DNA of 64,000 nucleotides from Leucoraja erinacea (Eukaryota), in the NCBI RefSeq assembly GCF_028641065.1, contig NC_073385.1, positions 46,810,001-46,874,000 of the forward strand, written 5' to 3'. A program made the position numbers and the translations under genes. Below are positions 1-12,249 of this stretch, piece by piece. A model generated the notes under the pieces. The model saw only the letters and a list, made by a program, of their open reading frames with translations, had not been told where the DNA came from and ran no database searches. Every line of letters begins with the position of its first letter. Positions within the stretch are counted from its first letter, which is position 1.

Positions 1-60
1 CATTGAATGGCGGTGCTGGCTCAAAAGGCCGAATGGCCTCCTCCTGCACCTATTATCTAG
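1..60 (+). mobile_element. CR1-type LINE 3' terminus
   Basis: gaatggcggtgctggctc...ctcctgcacctatt matches the 3' ends of the CR1 copies at 37240-37303, 54685-54750 and 58500-58566. Confidence 0.75.
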
Positions 61-63
61 GAA

Positions 64-1989
64 CAGTGCATTCAGAAAGTATTCAGACCTCTTCACATTT
101 TGTTACATTACAGGCTTATTCTAAAATGGATTAAATCATTTGTTTTATCATCAATCTACACACAATACCTCATAATAAAAAAGCGAAAACAGGTGTTGAA
201 AAATGTTTGCAAAGTAATTAAAAATAAATAACTGAAATACCACATTTACATAGTATTCAGACCCTTTACTCAGTACTTTGTTGAGGCATCTTTGGCAGCG
301 ATTATCGCCTCAAGTCTTCTTGGGTATGACGCTACAATGGCACACCTGTATTTGGGTAATTTCTCCCATTCGTCTCTGCAGATCCTCCCAAGCTCTGCCA
401 GGTTGGATGTGGAGCGTCGATGCACAGCCATTTTCAGGTCCCTCCAGAGATGTTTGATCGTGTTCAAGTCAAGTCTCTGGCTGGGCCACTCAAGGACATT
501 CACAGGCTTGTCACAAAGCCACCTGCATTGTCTTGGCTGTGTGCTTAGGGTCAGCGTCCTGTTGAAAGGTGAACCTCCGCCCCAGTCCAATGTCCTGAAC
601 ACTCTGGAGCAGGTTTTCATCAAGGATCTCTCTGTATTTTGCTCCGTTCAATCTTTCCCTCAATCCCGACAAGTCTCCCAGCCTGCTGTTAAAAATTCAG
701 GCTGAGTGGCCCAGCCATAGCCTGGACTTGAACCCGATCGAACATCTCTGGAGGGACCTGAAAATAGCTGTGCATCGACGCTCCCCATCCAACCTGGCAG
801 AGCTTGGGAGGATCTGCAGAGAAGAATGGGAGAAATTACCCAAATACAGGTGTGCCAAGGTTGTAGCATCATACCCAAGAAGACTTGAGGCTATAATCGC
901 TGGCAAAGATGCCTCAACAAAGTACTGAGTAAAGGGTTTGAATACTTATGTAAATGTGATATTTCAGTTATGTCTTTTTAATGGCAGGCTGGGAGACTTT
1001 TCCCACAGCATGATGCTGCCACAACCATGCTTCATCGTAGGTATGGTATTGGCCAGGTGATAAGCGGTGCCTGGTTTCCTCCAGACGTGACGCTTGGCAT
1101 TCAGGCCAAAGAGTTCGATCTTGGTTTCAGACCCAGAGAGTCTTGTTTCTCACGGTCTAAGAGTCCTTTCGGTGCCTTTTGGCAAACTCGAAGTGGGCTG
1201 TCGTGTGCCTTTTACTTAGGAGTGGCTTCTGTCTGGCCACTCTACCATAAAGGCCCCCATTGTTGGAGTGCTGCAGATATCGTTGTCCTTCTGGAAGGTT
1301 CTCCCATCTCCACAGAGGAACTCTGGAGCTCTGTCAGAGTGAGCATCGTGTTCTTGGTCACCTCCCTGACCAAGGCCCTTCTCCCCGATTGTTCAGTTTG
1401 GCCGGGCGGCCAGCTCTATGAAGAGTCCTAGGTGATTTCAAAGTTCTTCCATTTAAGAATGACGGAGGCCATTCCATTTAACTTCTTCCATTTAAGAATG
1501 ACTGTGCTCTTCTGGACCTGCAATGCTGCAGAAATTGTTTTATACTTTTCCTCAGATCTGTGTCTCGGAGGTCTGTAGCCAATTCCTTCATCTTCATAGC
1601 TTAGTTTTTGCTCTGACATGCACTGTCAACTGTGGAACCTTATATAGACAGGTGTGTGCCTTTCCATATCATGTCCAATCAATTTAATTTACCACTGGTG
1701 GACTCCAATCAAGTTGTAGAAACATCTCAAGGATAATCAATGGAAACAAGATGAACCTAAGCTCAATTTTGCGTGTCATAGAAAAGGGTCTGAATACTTA
1801 TGTAAATGTGATATTTCAGTTATTTCTTTTTAATTACTTTGCAACAATTTCTAAACACCTGTTTTCACTTCTTCATTCGCGGTATTGTGTAGATTGATGA
1901 TAAAAAATAATAATCCATTTTAAAATAAGGCTGTAAAGTAACAAAATGTGGAAAAGGTGAAGGGGTCTGAATACTTTCTGAATGCACTG
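64..1989 (-). mobile_element. Tc1/mariner DNA transposon (IR/DR type), defective transposase, internally rearranged
   Basis: About 200-bp terminal inverted repeats CAGTGCATTCAGAAAGTATTCAGACC / GGTCTGAATACTTTCTGAATGCACTG. Minus-strand fragments VLEWPSQRLDLNTIKHLWRDLK...STKY* and HRSEEKYKTISAALQV match Tc1 transposase. Confidence 0.92.
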
Positions 1990-2005
1990 GATCTATGTAT
2001 CTTTA

Positions 2006-2078
2006 AAACGTCGCCTATCCATGTTCTCCAGAGATGCTGCCTGACCCGCTGAGTTGCTCCAGCACTTTGTCTTTTTTT
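2006..2078 (+). mobile_element. Penelope-like element terminal repeat fragment
   Basis: aacgtcgcctatccatgttctccagagatgctgcctgacccgctgagttgctccagcactttgt recurs many times in the window and adjoins the GIY-YIG-coding fragment at 13.9-14.6 kb. Confidence 0.6.
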
Positions 2079-2257
2079 GAAATAGTGTCTCTGTTTTAGA
2101 ACTCAAGTATTATTTTGGTGAAGAGCACGTTAGAACCTGTTATAAGTTCATCATTAGTAGCCATTGTATTCTTGGATTTTGCTGCTGATTCAAAATTTGT
2201 ACTGAATGTAAATGTTTACTTTAGATACATGACAGCTAATAATCTTCAATACTTTAA

Positions 2258-2389
<132 letters not shown>

Positions 2390-2989
2390 TAGTTATGGTT
2401 TATGATGCCCTGTGTATGACCACTCAGAGAAAAAATAAAATTTATGCCGTATTTCATCATTTTATGTGTGCAAAAAACTTTCAGATTAGACATTATAATT
2501 GGTAGTCTCAATTATATTTCCAGTCAAGTGCACATCCCACAGTACAATACAGCATATCTCTGCAGTAAGGAATGCCAATGACTATTCAACTAATTGGTTC
2601 CTATTGGAAAAATGCAGAACTCATTTTAAGAGCTTTTGATATCCTCAGTAATTCATTGACTTGCATGAATATAACTCAGTTGCATAATAACTAATATATT
2701 TTAATCTAATGTTCTACTCTCTTCATCTGTAGGAAATCAGATATTCAAAAATTATCATACAATAATATTCTACAGAAAAAGAAAATGTCATTGTTTTCAG
2801 GGTAAATTCTGTTATATTTAATATCACATGCATTGAAATTTTCTGACAACTGAACTGGGAGAGAGAGGAAGATGCAGAATACCAAGCATGTTGACACTCA
2901 CAAATCCATATTTAGCGAAGGCAGAAGGGTTAAGTATATTTTTTTGTTAACCAAAAATCATTAATATAATTAACCTTATTAAATTTCAG

Positions 2990-3118
2990 GAGTCAATCAG
3001 TGATTTCTATTGGTATTACTCAGGAAAAGTTGTTATGGATGAACAAGGTCAGCGCAATTTCTCAAAAGCGTTAGCTGTGGCTAAACAAATCTTCAACTCG
3101 CTGACAGAGTATATCCAG
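2990..3118 (+). CDS. RYR3: RYR3 exon: [43 protein letters not shown]
   Basis: tttcag acceptor, gtaat donor; 129 nt; includes the Ca2+-site Glu (RyR1 E3893 equivalent). Confidence 0.96.
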
Positions 3119-3351
3119 GTAATGCAACCTCTGTAAAAATCTGATTCATTATTTATCAGATCAATTCTGTATTTTAAATTAAAGAATGGTGAAACACCTT
3201 AACTTTTGAAATGTTACAAATCATTATTACAGTAATTGGGATGAATTGTCAACTCAGCATAGATTATCTAACTAGTTTGTAAATATTGTGTTTTAGGCCT
3301 CTATGCCAAGAATACAATGGCTACTGATGATGAACCTATAAAAGGTTCCAA

Positions 3352-3811
3352 AGGGCCTGTCCATTGAGCATGCGACTCCATGCGGCAAACGCGACCTAAC
3401 GTGGTCGCTTGAGCAGTACGGCCTCGCGGGGCCGGTCCCACTTCGATCGCCTGAGCCGTATGGAGTTGTGCGGAGCTCGTCCCGACATCGCGCGGGACTT
3501 CGAAAAACTGTTCAAAAATTCCGCGCGGCAACGGCCTGCCAGCCCGCAGCCTCCTCGACGGCATACGCAGCGCCTCGATGGGCGTGCGTAGCGTCTTAAC
3601 GCCATACGTCACGCGCGAACTTCCCGCGGACTTCGCTCGAACTTCATGTCACTCACTCGACCTCCGCGCAGCCCCCACTTCCGGTTTGGTCGCGCCCGCC
3701 GAATGCAGGCGTATGCTGGTGGGACCGGCCGTGTCCGGGGATCGCTCGACCCCCACTTCCGGTTTGGTCGCGCTTGCCGCATTCAGGTCGCATGCTCGTG
3801 GGACAGGCCCT
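3352..3811. mobile_element. PIF/Harbinger-type MITE
   Basis: Terminal inverted repeats AGGGCCTGTCCA..GAGCATGCGAC / GTCGCATGCTCGTGGGACAGGCCCT; flanks caa/taa (TAA-type target duplication, one mismatch); GC-rich non-coding interior. Confidence 0.8.
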
Positions 3812-3869
3812 TAACATGCCCTTCACCAGAATAATACTAGAGTTCTAAAACAGAAACACTATTTCAAAA

Positions 3870-3942
3870 AAAGACAAAGTGCTGGAGTAACTCAGCGAGT
3901 CAGGCAGCATCTCTGGAGAACATGGATAGGCAATGTTTCATA
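3870..3942 (-). mobile_element. Penelope-like terminal repeat fragment
   Basis: Reverse complement of the repeat at 2006-2078. Confidence 0.6.
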
Positions 3943-3984
3943 GCACTGGCTTGGGGTGTCCATAACCAGAACCAGATGGATGCA

Positions 3985-4480
3985 GCCAGTATGGTCTAGT
4001 GGCAGGATATCCAAGATGCTAAAAGTCAAGCTCTTCCAGTCCCTACAGCCCTCTATGCCAGTGAAACATGGAAAATCAAAATAAGATGAAAAATAAATTG
4101 GATGCATTCCAACAACGCTGCTTGAGGAAGATCTTGAAGACTAGCTACAGACATCACATCCCAAATGAGGAGATCTACTGGAAAACTGCAACAAAAGCCT
4201 CTCAGCCAGGACATATAGGTATGCAGGATGAAATTTGCAGGACATGTACTCAGAATGTCACCAGAAAACGCACCTAAGATAGCAATGACATGGCAACCTG
4301 ATGGAAGAAGGAAAAGAGGCCAACCAAAACTCACATGGGGGCGAACATTCCAGAAGGATTTGGAAGCCCGGGATACTAACATATCGAGGGTGGAAGACGT
4401 CGCACATAACCGAACAGAATGGTGAAAGCTTGCTGCCCAATGCACTCAACAGTGTGGGAGAAACTAAGTCTAATTCTAAG
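3985..4480 (+). mobile_element. RTE-clade LINE 3' fragment
   Basis: Frameshifted peptides LDAFQQRCLRKILKTSYRHHIPNEEIY and FAGHVLRM...MTWQPDGRRKRGQPKLTW; short repeat tail ctaagtctaattctaag. Confidence 0.75.
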
Positions 4481-6662
4481 GCCTTGGCTGCATCTAAGCC
4501 CTTTATGATATTCTTATGCACAAACACTTCTACACTTCAAAAGTAAACTAGGCAGGAAGCATTTTGGAACATCCTAAAGATATGACAAAACAGCATTTTT
4601 TTCCTTTCCACTATTCAAAGCAATAATTAAATCTATACATATTTTGTTTCCAGAAATCAAAATTTAAATCTCTGCTAGGGGTGAAGAAGTGAATGGGTGG
4701 GATCAAGTAACAGGAATATTTATACTCTGACTGGAAGTAGATTATATACTGCAGTAGAGCAGAGAAATTTAGAATATTTAGGAGTTTAGTTTGTGAATCA
4801 ATTTATTTCACATCATTTCAAGTGATTTATTTTCATTCATTTGTGTTCATAAATTAAACCAATGTTTGGGGAAGAGTTGACAGCAAATTAAGGATTAAAA
4901 CACTCATGTGGCAACTCCAATGTTGCTGCCATTTTAGAAAACTGATGGTTTCAGCATAATTACTACCGTAACATTCAAACTGATGAACTTTTTATAGAAG
5001 ACAGAAGAAAAACAGTTAAAATCAGTCTGAAAAAGGGATTTGGCACCAAAATGTAGCATATCTATTCCCTCCACAGATGCTGCCTGCCCTGTTGACTTAC
5101 TCCAGCACTTTGTGTTTTGCTCAAGATTCCAGCAATCTTACAAGATTGTGGTTCCATTGTATTTTCAATTATTTATATAACTTATCTGATATCCATTTCT
5201 GTGTATCTCAAAATTCTTCACAGTCAATATTTCCAAATGAGTCAGTGCTGTAGTATAAGAAATGCTTTGGGTTTTTGTCCATGAAATGTCTGACCAAGAT
5301 CAGTGTGGTAATGATCAGATCATCTATTTTTGTGATAGATTTCAAATAATGTTGTTTGCCAGGTCACCAGGTATTGCTGTCTTGCCTATCGCAAAATACT
5401 ACTGTGAGTTATTTTGCATCTTCCGATGGTAGATAGATCATGTTTATGATTAATCCAAAGTGTGGCAACAGTGGCATAACTGCAATGAAGTCTTAAGGGC
5501 ATCGCTCTTTCCTGGTGTGGGACTGGAATCTTTAGTGCTCCAACTCAATCATATTTGATACCACCAAGACCATTACAGCCTCAATTATACATAACTGAGC
5601 TGTGTTATAATACAATTCATGCCTTATGTTTTATTCATTAAAATAAAAAAACTGAAAAAGAATGTGTAGAAAATGCACTTCATCTGTTCAGGGAACCCTA
5701 TTACATTTTCCAACCAATAATTTACATTTGAAGTTGAACAATGTGGGATTATCATGGTTGAGAAGAAAAAGAGACCTTAACCCCTTTGTTCCCAAAACGT
5801 TTCATCGCAGAGGGTTCAGCAATCTGGATTTTGGTCTGTTGTTGAGTAACTGAGAATCATTATCAACAACCCCACTGCTGCTGTATCATGTAGACACCTG
5901 AATAGGCAAAAATGAGCTGGATTGGAGTTCCTTAAATTCTATGAAAACCATGAGGCTGTGTTAGGGTTAAGGAAAGGGCATGGATTAAATTTAACAGTGT
6001 GTGTTGGCAACAGTGTATTAGCCAGTGAGTTGGTGTCAGGATGTGTACATGTGCTCAGTATGAGGTATCCATGATATAGCAAAGAAAGTGAGATCTATTT
6101 AAGGGCAGAGGAAACAGAACCCATCATTGGCGGCTACACCCGCCATCTTCCGAGAAGAAGACTACTTTTACCAAAATATGCAAGGAGTGGCGGAAGGTTA
6201 TATACAAATTATATAATTACGTTTCATCTCAGTCGCGTGTAGCAACACAGCTAGCAGGAATGAGATGTGACGGTGAGGAATGACGGCGAGATTATCCAAT
6301 CATCCTCATTCTATTTGTAAATTACACTGTTGTTAAAGCCAGCACAGCTTGGATCGGCAGGTGATGAAGAAGGGGTTGATGGAAATGGAAAACGGGATGG
6401 GCGGATATGATAACAATTAACTGTTTGCATGATTTGTTCATGGTCAGCTGTAATTTTTTCGGAAGAATGGGCTTTGTCTTATGCATTTCAATGAAATAAA
6501 ATTTGGATGTGTACTCTGCCGGAAACAAACATACAAATTCAAGCTGTGTTAACCAAATCAATGATCAGTTATCCAAATAAGGAATTAACACACATAAGTC
6601 CTTCAGGCTTTGTCAGTGGCATTCTGTTCTAAAAGAGATCTCATCTGATTTTATTTATGCAG

Positions 6663-6767
6663 GGCCCTTGCATTGGGAACCAGCAGAGTCTTGCCCACAG
6701 CAGGCTCTGGGATGCAGTGGTTGGTTTCCTGCATGTTTTTGCTAATATGCAAATGAAGCTTTCTCAG
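6663..6767 (+). CDS. RYR3: RYR3 exon: [35 protein letters not shown]
   Basis: atgcag acceptor, gtatgt donor; 105 nt. Confidence 0.96.
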
Positions 6768-7039
6768 GTATGTCTACCATTCCAGAGCTAACAAACGCAA
6801 GTATCTGCAGTTACAATATTGTTTGAGGAAATAATTCATATACAGCCGATAAGTATCCTAGGTTTGCTTGCTAACTGCTTGCTGATTGAGATAGAAAAGT
6901 ATGATGAGTAATGATGGGAGTTGTTCTGTAATTAATAACTTTGACATCAGTACAAAATAAGGTTTGCAGTCTTATCAAGAGCTAAACGTTCCAATCATTA
7001 CAGTCATACGTGGCATGAAGTTGGTTTGTGTTGTTGGTG

Positions 7040-7600
7040 ATAAAACATCCCAATCCTTGGATGTTCCTGCAAGGTTCACACGGCAGTGTTTTCAGCACAA
7101 TCATTTTCAGCTACTTCAAATTATTTTCCACTACAAGGTCAGATGAAGGTACATTTGCTGATGATTGCAGAGTGCTGATTTCTATGCACAACTCAGAAAA
7201 TGAAGCAATTCGTACATCAAAACTGGACAACGCACAGGCATGGAAAGTAACATTTGTGCCACACAAACGTCAGAAAATGACCACCCTTCATCAGACATGG
7301 TCTAACCAATTTGATATTGAATGACATTACCTTTGTCGCAAATCCTGTCATTAAAATCTTATGGGGCTTTGGGCTGGGCGAGTGGGTGGTTAGTGACTGG
7401 ACCAGACATTAAGTACTGTAGCTTGAAAAGCAGCACAGATGCTCTGCGTTCTTCTGTTAATAGTCAGCTCCTGATGCCCCAAGGACTTTCCATCATCTGC
7501 AACACACATGTCAAATGGACCTCTGCCCACTTGTTGGGTGAGTGTGGCTCAAACAGTTCTCAAGAACCCCAACATCATCCAGCCATTCAGTGAATGCTGT
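7040..7600 (+). mobile_element. Old, highly degenerate LINE reverse transcriptase fragment
   Basis: GTFADDC..LDNAQAW..VTFVPHK remnant of the RT catalytic region. Confidence 0.5.
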
Positions 7601-8744
7601 CCTTGCAAGAAGCATTGGCATTTTCATGAAAGAAAAAAGGGTGATATGAAACAAAACTCTGAAAAAAAAAAAGTTGGCATAAAATAATGAATGATCAAAT
7701 TAAACTTTATTATCACACACATCAACTGCAGCCTCAACATTCAGAGATCTGGTCCTCTTGGTTGGGTTGATCTCTGAAATAATTATTTTAAATAATATTG
7801 CCATTTTCATTATGCTCCAAATATTTACAGAAGAAATGCAGAGTGCAATCAATAACATACATGTTTAAATATACAATAACAATAATATTCTTCAAAGAGC
7901 TATCTTGTAACTTGGTAAATGCCTCTGGATTTGCCCCTCAGTTATTTGAGTTACAGCAAGACAGTGTCACGATATACATGGACTGCCATGAGGCCACTAC
8001 CCACTTTATTTTTTGAGTTAGGGGATTATATTTAAATGTGTTGCATAGTGACCTGGTCCCAATTTCTGCATTTGCATGGATAAATCCCAGTGCAACTTGT
8101 ATTTGTGTGTTCAGTACTATGAGCAAGATAAGCTCTATTTAAAAATATCAGGGTGATAAGTTAGGTTAATTATGAAGCGTCATATGTTTATTAAAAAAAG
8201 AGGAATATGCGGGAAATTTGCACTTTTTTGAGGGGGCCCAATGACCTTTCAGTCTCTAAATCTGGTTAGTACGACACTTCACTGGAGTCTGAGGTACAGT
8301 AGGTGGATTTCCCACTCCACCATTTACAGTCATGTGTTGTTTATGGGACAGAAATTGTTCTCAAGTAATGATGAAGCTCATTGTGTTACTATTATTTTTA
8401 ACTAAGTGGTACATTAGCTGCAGGTGAGGGCAGAAATGCCTTTGAGGCGATATCTGTGTGCCTCCAGTTCTGGCTTCTTTACTTAAGATTTAATTGTTCC
8501 GCCACTGGTACCTGTGCCTTTAGCGCCAAAACACTAGGTTATGGGGCTCCTTCCCTAACCTCTTCACTCCTCTACTACTCTTAAGACACTCTTTACACAC
8601 ACTGGTTCTTTGACAAATCTGTTGTTTGTTAACCTGAATGGCTCCTTGCATACATTGATATCAAATTTTATTTGATAATGTTCCTGTGAAAGGCTCTGGA
8701 GTACATTGCCTAATCAGTACAAGTCTTTATTATAAGCACACAGT

Positions 8745-9185
8745 CCACATGTGACCACGGCGACTGTTGCACCAAACACCTGTGTTCAGTCCACAAAGAC
8801 CTACTGGATCTCTCGGTTGATAACTTTCCATTCCCATACTAAATTTTCTGGGCCCCCTCCATTGCCAGAGTGAGGTTGGGCACAAATTGGAAGAGCAAGA
8901 CCTCGTATTCCACTTGGGAGACTTACAAACCAACAGCATTAACATTGAATTCTCCAATTTTAGGTAACTAACCAAAAACACCCTGCCAAACACCCCCCTC
9001 CCACATGAAGTCATACCTATTTCTCCCTTTGCCCTCCACTTCCGCTTACATTTCTTCCTCTAGCTTCACAATTCGCAATTTTTCAATCCTTATGTCTCAC
9101 ACCTGTCTTTTTATCTCTGGATTTTGTCCAACCATCTACCTACCCCCCCCCCCCCCCCCCCCCCCCCCCTCAGCTGACCCTGTAG
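8745..9185 (+). mobile_element. Penelope-like element 3' part (GIY-YIG C-terminus and pyrimidine-rich tail with poly-C at 9143-9169)
   Basis: ctccattgccagagtgagg...aaattggaagagcaagacctcgtattccacttgggag...aacattgaattctccaatttt is homologous to the element at 14230-14460. Confidence 0.7.
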
Positions 9186-9757
9186 GTCTTATTCTTGGGG
9201 TTTAGCGGCTGAATCAAAAACATTCAAGCTCTAAGTACAATAAATTCATCCATCACAAGTACTGTGTAAAACAGTTTATCATTTCTAGTTGGAAAAAAAC
9301 TGGATGGTTGAGATTAGTTAACCTTTCCACCAGGAACACGGGAATTTTAACTCTTCTCCGCATCTCGTCGCTCTCATTAAACCTTCTAAGCCCCTGGTCA
9401 TCCGGGCCATGGCTAGGCAATGCTGAATTACTTCAGAATAGCAAGTTAAGAGATACTGCCCACATAGCATTCAGATTATTTTCTACTTTAAGTGGTAGTT
9501 TAGTAAGACAAGTATATTTAGAGATCTATATTTGTATTTATCTGAAGCAACAACTGTCAAGATTGGTTTGGTTTCTCCTGCCGATTGTTTTAGATTGACA
9601 GTTTTTAACACAATCTTCATCTAGGGTTTGAGTGTTTATTTATGTTAAAATGCAGTGATACTGAAATATTTTGATAGATTTTGGATCCCAAGCTACCATT
9701 CTCATCTCTTGGCCTTTATGTGTCATTTCAAATTATTAAAGATAACTAAATTGCTGA

Positions 9758-9949
<192 letters not shown>

Positions 9950-10456
9950 TAGAATCGGATCTAATAATAGCAACATGTTTAGCTAATGCTGTGAATATTT
10001 CCAACTGTCAAATGGCAATTTTTTCAGATATTTGCATCAGACTTTATATCTCTAAAAAGTTTTATTCCATTATCATTGAGTTGTTCTGTGCATTTCAAAT
10101 GCTTCACCAGATTTAATGATGAGTAAAATTACTTTGGTGGATCATCCTGATTGCACCTTGCTTCCTGTTCACTCACTTATCCTACTTCATTTGCTGCTGT
10201 GACCCAAATTGAAGCACGATTTTTTTTTTCTAAAAACAACTCTTCCCATTTAGATTTTGTTTTGAGTTAATGGTTTTAATATAGATATGCACCTTTTTTT
10301 CAAGAAAATCAACCTGGAGAAGTGAATATTTTTTCTGAAATAAATAGTTTGCATCATGTTTATGTAAGTTGACTTTCAAGATATATCCTCACAAGAATAT
10401 CTTTGAAATGCATTCTTTGCATTCAGATATAATTAATATTCTCTTTACAATCTTAG

Positions 10457-11757
10457 GGAATGTTGTAAATGGAACCATTGGCAAACAGATGGTGGACACA
10501 CTGGTTGAATCTTCCAGCAATGTGGAAATGATACTCAAGTTCTTTGATATGTTTCTTAAGTTAAAGGATATGACTACGTCTGATACCTTCAAAGATCATG
10601 ATCTAGATGGTAAAGGAGTGATTTCAAAGAAAGAATTCCAAAAGGCTTTGGAAAGTCAGAAGAAATATGCACAATCAGAAATTGAGTTCCTACTATCTTG
10701 TGTTGAAGCAGACGAAAATGATATGTTTAACTATATGGAATTTATTGACCGCTTTCATGAACCAGCCAAAGACATCGGTTTTAATGTAGCTGTATTACTG
10801 ACTAATTTATCTGAACACATGCCCAATGATATCCGTCTAAAGACATTCTTGCAGCCAGCTCAAAGTGTCCTCACATACTTTGAGCCCTATTTAGGACGCA
10901 TTGAGATTATGGGTGCAGCAAAGCGCATAGAAAGAGTCTACTTTGAAATCAGCGAATCAAGCAGAACACAGTGGGAGAAGCCTCAGGTCAAGGAATCCAA
11001 GAGACAATTTATCTTTGACGTTGTGAATGAAGGCGGGGAATCGGAAAAAATGGAACTCTTTGTGAATTTTTGTGAGGACACCATATTTGAAATGCAGTTA
11101 GCATCTGAAATCTCTGAACCAGATGCAGCTGAGAGAGCTGATGATGATGAAGAGGAGTCTCCTCCAGATGAAGAAGATGAGGAGGTGGCTCAGCCCTCAA
11201 ATGCATTTACGGCAGCGTGTCACAATTTCAAAGGTGCCTTATTGAACTTTTTCAAGATTTTCACACTTAGAAATATCAGAAGGCAGTACAAAACCATTAA
11301 GAGGATGACGACCATGGAGTTAATTATGAAAATTTTCTCCTTCTTCTGGATGTTGTTCATTGGCTTTGTTTGCTTTATTTTCAACATAGTACAAGGATTT
11401 TTCCAGATCGTGTGGAGTGCCATGTTTGGAGGTGGGCTAGTTGAAGGTGCCAAAAGCATCACTGTCACAGACCTTTTAGCCAGCATGCCAGATCCAACAC
11501 AACTTGGAATTCATGGAGATGTGAGCGAATCAGAAAGATCAGAAACTCCAGAGCTGGGGGTTGTTGCAGAACATCAGTCTATAGCACAAGATGAGAAAAG
11601 TGAAACTGAGGTGATGCCTGATATATTCGGTACGAGTATGAAAAAAGGAGGCAAAGCAGGTGACGAACACGGAGGTCTTGGTGATGTGTCGGAAATTATC
11701 GGAGCAGAAGGCCCCCTAAGTATTGAAAAAGCAATATCTCAGAAAAAGAAAGCAGAG
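10457..11757 (+). CDS. RYR3: RYR3 large exon: EF-hand pair, thumb-and-forefinger region and start of divergent region 1
   Basis: Lies within ORF 10369-11853 (NVVNGTIGKQMVD...DLDGKGVISKKEF...EADENDMFNYMEF...KESKRQFIFDVVNEGGE); cttag acceptor, gtcagt donor; 1301 nt. Confidence 0.96.
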
Positions 11758-11862
11758 GTCAGTTTTAGCACATACTTTATTTATCAAAAATGTCTATTTA
11801 ATGTTTTAATTTTCATAAAGCTCATGGTCTATTTTTCATTGCTCATTGAATGAAACTTCAAG

Positions 11863-11912
11863 ATTGAACAGAAGAATAAAAATGAGAGTAAAACCGAGTT
11901 TGAGAAGGCTGA
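11863..11912 (+). CDS. RYR3: RYR3 small exon: IEQKNKNESKTEFEKA(D)
   Basis: ttcaag acceptor, gtaagt donor; 50 nt; phase bridges the neighbouring exons; ends EKAD as in mammalian RyRs. Confidence 0.8.
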
Positions 11913-12010
11913 GTAAGTGTCTTTATGCGGTTGAAAATAACTTAAATTTACATTGTGAGTTATTGTTCGGTAAGTCATTTCTGATTTCTGATGCATTGTT
12001 GGCTTTATAG

Positions 12011-12179
12011 CACAGAGGATGGCGAGAAGATGGACAAAGCCAAAGAAGAACAACCAGATGAAAGTGAAGAAATAGAGCAAAAAATAAAGAAGAGGCGACG
12101 TGGACAGACAAAGAAGGAACCAGAAGCATTCTTAGTTAACTTCTGGGAAGGTCTTGAAATTTACCAAACCAAGATTCTG
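12011..12179 (+). CDS. RYR3: RYR3 exon: TEDGEKMDK...KKRRRGQ...EPEAFLVNFWEGLEIYQTKIL
   Basis: ttatag acceptor, gtaggc donor; 169 nt. Confidence 0.93.
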
Positions 12180-12249
12180 GTAGGCAACTAGATTTTAAAA
12201 TGTTGTTGTGTATTTAGTGCCCCATGCCATATCCATATCTTATCCTTGT

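Noticed and set aside
3301-3834. Short GC-rich ORFs on both strands
   Set aside because: Lie within a non-coding Harbinger-type MITE.
10369-11853. 494-aa ORF as a standalone EF-hand gene
   Set aside because: It is one internal RYR3 exon (10457-11757) plus intronic read-through at both ends.
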